From the IMG/VR virus record IMGVR_UViG_3300032155_000026, positions 1 through 12,915 of that record: a stretch of 12,915 nucleotides of DNA. One strand, written 5' to 3'. Positions 7,059 through 12,915 of the stretch are shown here, piece after piece; positions within the stretch are counted from its first letter, which is position 1; every line of letters starts with the position of its first letter. This stretch comes from a virus (taxonomy: Duplodnaviria > Heunggongvirae > Uroviricota > Caudoviricetes). The position numbers and the translations under genes are program-made. The notes under the pieces were generated by a model. The model did no database searches. It was not told where the DNA came from and saw nothing but the letters and a program-made list of their open reading frames with translations.

Positions 7059-8186
7059 ATGGACAGAAACGGGGTAGTGGCCTTTCTTGAGGCCCTGCGC
7101 TGTCAGAACATCAACGCCAACGCCGGCGGGTGGGTACGGGCGTCGTGCCCGCTCGCCCCGTGGCTGCACGCGAAAGGGCGAGACGCACACCCATCGTTCG
7201 GCGTGCGCCCGGCCACTGACAAAGAGAATGCCGGATTTCACTGTTTCTCGTGCGGGACGTCCGGGTCACTACCGAAGCTGCTGCACAACCTGACCTGGCT
7301 GTCTGGCGAGCGACCGCTCGCGGCCAGCCGAGTGCTCATGTACTCGGATTGGGTTGACCAGGAACCGCAGTGCACCGTAGTCGGGCGCCGCCGCATCAAG
7401 ATCCACGACAAATTTGCCAGCAAGGGTCCAGTACGTGCGTTCCAGCGCAACGAGCCAGTCCCAGAGGTCGTCCTGGACCGCTACCCGCCCTTGATTGGCT
7501 CTGATCTGACGGATGCGGCAGATGTTCTGCGCTGGCTTGTCGAAGAGCGCCGCATTTCTGAGGAAGTGGTGGCCCGATACCAGCTCCGGCTGTTTTCGGA
7601 TCACATCACCGGGGATGTCGGCGTCGTGTTTCCGGTGCTGTCCAGGGACAGCGACCGCGTGCTCGACATGTACGTCCGCATGACGGGAGAGAAGGCGTTT
7701 TTCAGGCTCAACGCGCAGTTGTCGGGCTCGCCGGTGGACTACAAGGCCCCGAATCTGTGGTTCGGCAATCATCTGTACAAACCAGACGCTCCGGTAATGC
7801 TGGTTGAGGGCCCGATAGACGCGATGCGGTTGTCGACGCTTGGCGTCGCGAATGTCCTGGCCGCGTGCGGAGAGCCGTCCAGAATGCAGCTAGCCGGGGT
7901 ATCAAGCCTGGTGGTGCATGTTGCGTTCGACGCAGACGCTAGCGGCCGTGAATTTGCGAAGAAGGCGTTGCGGCTGTTGAGTGCCCCAGTGCGCCGTATC
8001 ATAGAGTGGGATGTCGGCGGGATTAAAGACGCAGGTGACCTGCAGGACAAGGCGCAACTTGCGGCGATATTCAATGCGTCTCGTAGAATCGAACTCACTC
8101 GAGACGCGGATGAGCGCAGACGCCAAGAGAAGCGACGCAAAGCGTCCCGTACACGTGATTTGACTTTCGACCCGTTCGGCTTCTAA
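7059..8186 (+). CDS. DnaG-type phage DNA primase (Zn-binding domain plus TOPRIM)
   Basis: CHC2-like RASCPL..H..HPSF..FHCFSCG; TOPRIM LVEGPIDAM, DxD in AFDADASG, KDAGD; SD GGAGG. Confidence 0.9.
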   Translation: MDRNGVVAFLEALRCQNINANAGGWVRASCPLAPWLHAKGRDAHPSFGVRPATDKENAGFHCFSCGTSGSLPKLLHNLTWLSGERPLAASRVLMYSDWVDQEPQCTVVGRRRIKIHDKFASKGPVRAFQRNEPVPEVVLDRYPPLIGSDLTDAADVLRWLVEERRISEEVVARYQLRLFSDHITGDVGVVFPVLSRDSDRVLDMYVRMTGEKAFFRLNAQLSGSPVDYKAPNLWFGNHLYKPDAPVMLVEGPIDAMRLSTLGVANVLAACGEPSRMQLAGVSSLVVHVAFDADASGREFAKKALRLLSAPVRRIIEWDVGGIKDAGDLQDKAQLAAIFNASRRIELTRDADERRRQEKRRKASRTRDLTFDPFGF

Positions 8187-8247
8187 TGTTAGCATACGTC
8201 CATAGTGGACAACTAACACATGAGGCCATCTGGCCGAGGAGGATCAA

Positions 8248-8976
8248 ATGTCCGAAAAGTGGTATCAGACTGGTGGGGAGGGAGAGGCTCGGGCAGGCCA
8301 GCTCCGCGAAGAGATGCAGAAGGATCGTGGCCCGCGCAGGTTCTGGCTGAACGTCGGCAAGTCGGCCAAGGTGACGTTCCTGGACGGCGCGGGCTTCTTC
8401 GTGTTCGAGCACAACCTGAAGCTCGACGGTCGGTGGGGCAACTTCTTCACTTGCCGCAAGGACTTCAGCGAATGCCCCGTGTGCGATGCCGGGCATAAGC
8501 CGTCGTACGTGGCTGTGTTCACCGTGATCGACCATTCCCAGTACGAGGGGAAGGACGGGAAGGTCTACAAGAACCAGAAGAAGCTGCTGGTTCTGAAGTC
8601 CGGCGTCCTCCCCAAGGTGTCGCGCAAGCGTGACCAGGCCGGTGGCGACCTCACGTACTCGCTGATGATGTTCAGCCGCGACGGCCAGAAGGAGGCCAAC
8701 ACCGGCGAGGACGTCGAGTTCCTGAAGAAGCTCGCCAAGAACGACGTGCTCAAGCTGAAGCCTGCTGGCATGTCGGACGAGGAGTGGCTCAAGCCGTACG
8801 ACTACATGCAGCTCTTCGCGCCCAAGACCGTCGAGGAGCTGCGCGCGGTGGTCGGCGAGGCCGCGCCGGTCGGTTCCGACGCGCACGCGAATGAGCGCAC
8901 GGACGTGCGCCGCGACGATCGTCGCGATGGCGAGGCGCACGTCGGGTCTGACACCGACATCGAGTCGCTGCTGTAG
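8248..8976 (+). CDS. Probable phage single-stranded DNA-binding protein (Zn-binding, gp32-like organisation)
   Basis: Strong SD GAGGAGG; EH...FFTC..(x6)CPVC metal cluster, aromatic-rich beta segments, acidic tail ending DTDIESLL; sits between primase and SF2 helicase. Confidence 0.7.
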   Translation: MSEKWYQTGGEGEARAGQLREEMQKDRGPRRFWLNVGKSAKVTFLDGAGFFVFEHNLKLDGRWGNFFTCRKDFSECPVCDAGHKPSYVAVFTVIDHSQYEGKDGKVYKNQKKLLVLKSGVLPKVSRKRDQAGGDLTYSLMMFSRDGQKEANTGEDVEFLKKLAKNDVLKLKPAGMSDEEWLKPYDYMQLFAPKTVEELRAVVGEAAPVGSDAHANERTDVRRDDRRDGEAHVGSDTDIESLL

Positions 8977-8984
8977 CATCACAT

Positions 8985-9012
8985 GGCCGGGGGTTGTTTC
9001 CAGCCCCCGGCC
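8985..9012 (+). terminator. GC-rich hairpin after the SSB gene (weak terminator or mRNA-stabilising stem)
   Basis: 12-bp stem GGCCGGGGGTTG / CAGCCCCCGGCC with TTTC loop; followed by only TT. Confidence 0.55.
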
Positions 9013-9028
9013 TTCCCACGGAGAGAGG

Positions 9029-10381
9029 ATGCGATACCCAAGCGTTCGGCGGGACACCCACTGGTGGGTACGTAAAGAGTTTCTCAAGAAGCCGCTGCAT
9101 GAACTGCGTCGCCTGTTCACGGTGCTGCCAAAGTTCGTGGATGCGCAGCCTGTTGAGATTTTCAGGGAGACGGACGACGAGTTCGGCATCCCGTTGTTCT
9201 ACCAGGATTTGAGCCGGCACGCCGAGCAGGTCGTCGACGGCGCGAGTTACGGGCAGCCTGCCGAGTTCGAGATGCGCACCGAGCCGCGGCCGCGGCAGGC
9301 CACGGTCCTAGAACGATTCGTGCAATCGATTGCATCTGGTCGTCGAGGCCATCTGCTCGAAGCTCCAACTGGCGCAGGAAAGACAGCGATGAGCCTGTTC
9401 ATGCTTCAGAAGCTGGGGCGCACGGCGCTCGTGATCGTGCCCCGCGAGCACCTGCTGCAGCAGTGGATTGACCGCGCCCTGGCGCTGACCTCTCTGACCC
9501 GCGAGGAGATTGGCGTGGCACAGCAGGGTACCTGCGATTTCCGTGGCAAGAAACTTGTGGTCGGGATGGTGCACTCCATCTGCAAGGACCGTTACCCGGA
9601 AGACTTCAAGAATTATTTCGGAGTGGTCGTGTGGGACGAGGTGCACACGGTCTCCGCGACGACGTTCTCCGAGACCGTCTCGTTGTTCCCTGCGGCCTAC
9701 AGGATTGGGTGCTCGGCGACGCTACGGCGCGGCGATGGGACGGAGGACGTGTTTCGGTACACGATCGGGGAGACGACGTTGACCCTCAAGGGCGGCACCG
9801 AGGTGTGCCCCATGGTGTTCCTGAGATCCTACAAGGGGCAGCGCCGCCACCCCTACCTGGACAAAGTCAAGGACGCCAAGAAACGGCGGGGCCTCATTCT
9901 GTCCGAGCTGGCTGACGACCTTCGCCGAAACGTGCTGATCGCGGTCTACCTGCAGAAGTTTGTCCAGTCTGGTCGCCGGGCGCTGGTCCTCTCTGACAGG
10001 AAAGACCAGCTGAAAGCGCTCAAGGCCATTTTGGAGGGGCGGTTCCGTATGGTGCCGCGCGACGTTGGGATGTTCACGCAGGAGACGAAGCCCAAGGAGC
10101 GGGAGCGCGTGCTTGCGCACTGTCCAGTGATCTTGGCGACGTACGGCGTCATGGCCATGGGCGTCGACGTGCCTGACCTGCGCGCGCTTGTGTTTGGGAC
10201 TCCGATGTCTGACATAGAACAGCCGCTCGGTCGAATCCTGCGGTTGTGCGACGGTGCGAAAGAGCCTGTCGTGCTTGATCTGACCGACACGGCATTCCCG
10301 GACGCTGTCCGGTGGGCTGCCCGTAGGAAGGAATTTTACAGAACGCAGGCCGGGGCGAAGATCGTTCATGTCGACAGTTAG
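9029..10381 (+). CDS. Superfamily 2 DExH helicase (UvsW / T5 D10-like)
   Basis: Motif I APTGAGKT, II WDEVH, III SAT, V MAMGVDVP, VI QPLGRILR. ATG 9029 follows GGAGAGAGG; the ORF-track start at 8891 lies inside the SSB gene. Confidence 0.92.
   Translation: MRYPSVRRDTHWWVRKEFLKKPLHELRRLFTVLPKFVDAQPVEIFRETDDEFGIPLFYQDLSRHAEQVVDGASYGQPAEFEMRTEPRPRQATVLERFVQSIASGRRGHLLEAPTGAGKTAMSLFMLQKLGRTALVIVPREHLLQQWIDRALALTSLTREEIGVAQQGTCDFRGKKLVVGMVHSICKDRYPEDFKNYFGVVVWDEVHTVSATTFSETVSLFPAAYRIGCSATLRRGDGTEDVFRYTIGETTLTLKGGTEVCPMVFLRSYKGQRRHPYLDKVKDAKKRRGLILSELADDLRRNVLIAVYLQKFVQSGRRALVLSDRKDQLKALKAILEGRFRMVPRDVGMFTQETKPKERERVLAHCPVILATYGVMAMGVDVPDLRALVFGTPMSDIEQPLGRILRLCDGAKEPVVLDLTDTAFPDAVRWAARRKEFYRTQAGAKIVHVDS
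9320..9335. promoter_or_regulatory. Palindrome copy 5, GTGCAATCGATTGCAT (intragenic)
   Basis: Perfect 14-bp core at 9321-9334; encodes VQSIA just before helicase motif I. Confidence 0.75.
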
Positions 10382-10988
10382 GGTTCCCATGCCCGAAGAG
10401 CTCCCGTCAGCGCGGGCCATTCGGGAGGCGCGCCGCCGCCGAAAGAGGCGCGCGACTGCTGAGCAGAAGCGGGAGCGTTGCGCCGTGGAAAAGGTGCGGT
10501 TCCGGCGACGCTATCAGACAGACCCAGAGTTCCGCTTGCGCGAGTCTATTCGGAAGGAGCTGTGGGCGCACAAGAAGAAGTATGAAGAGCTGGCACGCCG
10601 ATGGCGGTCGCAGGAGGGGTCGCTTGACGACGCGGTCGAATTTTCCGGCGTGTCGCGCGTCGAGTTCATCCTCCTGGTCAAGGAAGGCGTCGTCCCGCCG
10701 TCGGTGTTGGTGGAAGGCCGCGCGGTGTACACAGTCGACCAGCTTCGTCATTTGACCCGCGGGTTCCACTCGTTCATACTCCATCATACAGAGCCAGACC
10801 TCCAGGCACTGCGGGAGTATCTGGCTGAGAACTGGCACAAGCCGTATGTGGAGGACGACCATGGCGAGGGCAAAAGCGAGAACCCCCAAGATTCTGGGAT
10901 CGGACGGCGTCCTGACGGTACGTCGCACCGTGTTCGGTCAGGAAAGCGAGGAGCAGCGCCCGCTGCAGATCAGGCCCTTTGTTGCTGA
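10368..10988 (+). CDS. Putative MerR-like HTH DNA-binding protein with very basic N-terminus
   Basis: SLDDAVEFSGVSRVEFILLVKEGVVPPSVLVEGRAVYTVDQLRHL follows the MerR-type wHTH pattern. Overlaps the helicase end by 14 nt and the next gene by 128 nt. Confidence 0.55.
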   Translation: MSTVRVPMPEELPSARAIREARRRRKRRATAEQKRERCAVEKVRFRRRYQTDPEFRLRESIRKELWAHKKKYEELARRWRSQEGSLDDAVEFSGVSRVEFILLVKEGVVPPSVLVEGRAVYTVDQLRHLTRGFHSFILHHTEPDLQALREYLAENWHKPYVEDDHGEGKSENPQDSGIGRRPDGTSHRVRSGKRGAAPAADQALCC

Positions 10989-11223
10989 TGCGGCGCCGGG
11001 GGCCGTGACCGTCCGGCTGTCGCGGACGGTGAACCTGGGCAACTACAACTCGGCGCGCGTCGAGGTTGGCATGACCGTTCCCGGCTACCGCGAGGAGTTG
11101 GTGCCGTTGTACCACGAGGTGTTCGACACCGTCGCCGGCCTGGTCAACGAGGAGGTCGGGAAGATCGAGCAGGACTGCGGCCTCGGCAAGAAAGCCGACA
11201 AGGCGGTCGACGAGCTCCTGTAA
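10861..11223 (+). CDS. Hypothetical phage protein (RTVNLGNY motif)
   Basis: SD GGAGG before ATG 10861, high-GC3 codon usage. The VTVRLSRTVNLGNYNSARVEVG segment resembles a motif I associate with uncharacterised phage proteins (not verified). Confidence 0.7.
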   Translation: MARAKARTPKILGSDGVLTVRRTVFGQESEEQRPLQIRPFVADAAPGAVTVRLSRTVNLGNYNSARVEVGMTVPGYREELVPLYHEVFDTVAGLVNEEVGKIEQDCGLGKKADKAVDELL

Positions 11224-11226
11224 CCC

Positions 11227-11242
11227 GTGCAATCGATTGCAC
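11227..11242. promoter_or_regulatory. Palindrome copy 6, GTGCAATCGATTGCAC (perfect, intergenic)
   Basis: Fills the gap between TAA 11221-11223 and the SD GAGGAGG (11244-11250) of the small gene preceding recA. Confidence 0.8.
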
Positions 11243-11257
11243 TGAGGAGGGCTTACG

Positions 11258-11464
11258 ATGGGCATCACCATGTGTATAGACGACATGCGGCAAGAGGTCA
11301 TTGCGGCATTGACGGAACACCCGCAGGATTTTGACGGCGAGGACATTGGTGTCCTCTATGGCGTGGTCACCGGCCGCATTAGCTGCAGCACGTTCGACAT
11401 CGTGCGTGCCGACCTCGGTCTGACCGTGGACGTCGCCGCCGAACGCGTCACGCTGGAGGACTAG
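11258..11464 (+). CDS. Small acidic hypothetical protein
   Basis: 68 aa, strong SD GAGGAGG, stop codon 1 nt before the recA start. Confidence 0.7.
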   Translation: MGITMCIDDMRQEVIAALTEHPQDFDGEDIGVLYGVVTGRISCSTFDIVRADLGLTVDVAAERVTLED

Positions 11465-11465
11465 C

Positions 11466-12683
11466 ATGGCAGGTCTGAACGAGTTGGTCGAGAAGACCAC
11501 GAAGAAGTTCGGCGAGGGCCGCATGCTGGCGGGCAGTGCGCCCGGCGAGCAGATGGACTACCCGCGCCAGCCGACCTACATCTTTCCCCTCGACTACGCG
11601 CTCGGCGGCGGTGTTCCTTTCAACGTCTGTTCGCAGTTCTACGGGCCCTTCCAGGGAGGAAAGACCTCCACGGCCTACCTGCTGGCTCGCGCGGTTTCGA
11701 GGACGTGCGCCGAGTGTCTGAAGCCGCTGCTGCTGTGCACGTGTAAGGACGGGCCACGGATCGCCAAAACATTCCTGTGCCACGGAGAGGGCAGGCCCGA
11801 CTATTCCTATCTCCAGGCGCTCGGCTACGACATGGACCAGAACCTGGTTTGCGGGTTCCCGGAGTACGGGGAGCAGGCCTGCCAGATGATCGAGGACGCC
11901 GTCAAGGCCGACGACTGCGGGCTTGTGATTATGGACAGCCTGGCCTCGATCGTCCCGCGCACTGTGCTGGAGGGCGAATACGAGGACATCAACGTGGGCG
12001 GCCAGGCCAAGCTGTTGACCAAGCTGTTCCATCGCCTGAATCACACGCTGGTCGCCGAGTACCGGCGCGGGCATCTGGTCGCTGTCGTGTTCCTGAACCA
12101 GATGCGCGCGTTGATCGGCGGCGGGTCGTACGGGCCGACGGAGACGGTCCCTGGCGGGTGGGCTGCCAAGCACGGCATGCGTCTTTCTATGCGGATCGGG
12201 CAGCTGACTGGCGACGCCGCCAAGGACGAGGTCGACAAATCCTCGAACATGAAAAACGTCCTGCGGTTTTCTGCGTCGATGCTGGGCCCGCAGTCGAAGC
12301 AGCAGTTGTTCATCATGGCGGGGAAGTGCGAGTACAAGTTCACGGTCGGCGAGTACGACGGCTGCCCTCCCGGCACGATTCTGGACGCGGCGACGACTGT
12401 CAAGATCGCGCGAGAGCTCGGCATCTTGGCCAAGGCCGGCGAGACTTACAGACTCGAGGGGACAGCGCTGGAGTTCCAGAAGCTGGCCGACGTTGAGGAG
12501 ATGTTTAAGGCCGGTCAGTACGTCGACCCGAAGACCGGCGAAGTTTCGGCTACCGGAGGGTTCGACGACGCGTTCCGGTACAAGGTGCTGACCTACGCCA
12601 AGGACGCGGCGCTGCGGGAGACGCACGACCGCATGGAGCGGCGCGTGCGTGTGCTGCCGCCCCGTTGTCGGGAGGCCGGGTGA
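11466..12683 (+). CDS. recA: RecA/UvsX-like recombinase with a Cys-rich insertion
   Basis: KKFGEG N-terminus, PTYIFPLDYALGGGVP (MAW-like), Walker A GPFQGGKTS, Walker B VIMDSLAS, VFLNQMR..IG..ETVPGG (L2 region). Confidence 0.9.
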   Translation: MAGLNELVEKTTKKFGEGRMLAGSAPGEQMDYPRQPTYIFPLDYALGGGVPFNVCSQFYGPFQGGKTSTAYLLARAVSRTCAECLKPLLLCTCKDGPRIAKTFLCHGEGRPDYSYLQALGYDMDQNLVCGFPEYGEQACQMIEDAVKADDCGLVIMDSLASIVPRTVLEGEYEDINVGGQAKLLTKLFHRLNHTLVAEYRRGHLVAVVFLNQMRALIGGGSYGPTETVPGGWAAKHGMRLSMRIGQLTGDAAKDEVDKSSNMKNVLRFSASMLGPQSKQQLFIMAGKCEYKFTVGEYDGCPPGTILDAATTVKIARELGILAKAGETYRLEGTALEFQKLADVEEMFKAGQYVDPKTGEVSATGGFDDAFRYKVLTYAKDAALRETHDRMERRVRVLPPRCREAG

Positions 12684-12915
12684 ACGCCCGGTGCTCGGAG
12701 TGTGGGCGGGAGTTTCGTATCGGCCGCGCCAACGAGCGCTTCTTCTTCAAGGAGGCTGCGCGGTTCGACTCGATCGCCTGCCTACGCCAGTACATCCGGC
12801 GAACGCGCAGGCGCTCACGGCTCCCGGCCGCCGTGCGTGACGTGCAGCCGGACGAGCGTATGGCTGACGGCCTGAGCTTCAGCCCGATGCTCGGCGGGTC
12901 GTTCAGGTCTTGCTT
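12680..12915 (+). CDS. Partial CDS: N-terminal Zn-ribbon-like protein, possibly a nuclease/resolvase
   Basis: Not in the ORF track. SD GGAGG 12671-12675, GTG start overlapping the recA stop (GTGA), open to the window end: MNARCSECGREFRIGRANERFFFKEAARFDSIACLRQYI...SPMLGGSFRSC. Confidence 0.6.
   Translation, partial: MNARCSECGREFRIGRANERFFFKEAARFDSIACLRQYIRRTRRRSRLPAAVRDVQPDERMADGLSFSPMLGGSFRSC

Larger units (their letters stand above)
1..12915. mobile_element. Left part of an integrated temperate phage or phage-like element (integration module, cargo gene, replication/recombination module); continues beyond the right edge
   Basis: Integrase and probable excisionase at one end, putative arm-type repeats in the int 3' end, then a tightly packed co-oriented cluster of phage-type replication genes. 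No structural genes are in the window, so phage versus ICE-like element cannot be settled. Confidence 0.85.

Noticed and set aside
8891-9028. ORF-track starts at 8891, 10846 and 3226
   Set aside because: Downstream ATGs at 9029, 10861 and 3232 have properly spaced SD sequences and avoid unnecessary overlaps.
1496-11242. Palindrome series as a CRISPR array, REP elements or canonical parS
   Set aside because: Gaps are 1.4-2.7 kb of coding DNA, not 30-40-bp spacers. Three copies are intragenic and loop-less, unlike REPs. The sequence does not match parS TGTTTCACGTGAAACA.
1-12915. tRNA, rRNA, intein or intron, and host taxonomic assignment
   Set aside because: No cloverleaf, rRNA or intein splice motifs were seen in dnaB, primase or recA. 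The host cannot be assigned without a database search.

Overview
This GC-rich window looks like the left end of an integrated temperate phage or phage-like element, with the attachment site probably just left of base 1. From left to right it holds: a tyrosine integrase and a probable excisionase on the minus strand; a self-contained cargo gene for an M48 metallopeptidase/PDZ lipoprotein; an AT-richer control/origin region (2623-3231); and a long plus-strand replication/recombination cluster. That cluster encodes a putative initiator, a degenerate DnaC-like protein, a DnaB-like helicase, a coiled-coil protein, a DnaG-type primase, a probable Zn-binding SSB, an SF2 helicase, a MerR-like HTH protein, two small hypotheticals, a RecA-like recombinase with a Cys-rich insert, and a truncated Zn-ribbon protein. 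The strongest unexplained signal is six near-perfect copies of the 16-bp palindrome GTGCAATCGATTGCAC, spaced every 1.4-2.7 kb, three in intergenic control positions and three inside genes. The motif has the shape of a LacI/GalR/CcpA-family operator. No cI/cro-type or LacI-type repressor gene is recognisable in the window. All protein calls come from motif reading by eye; no database search was run.
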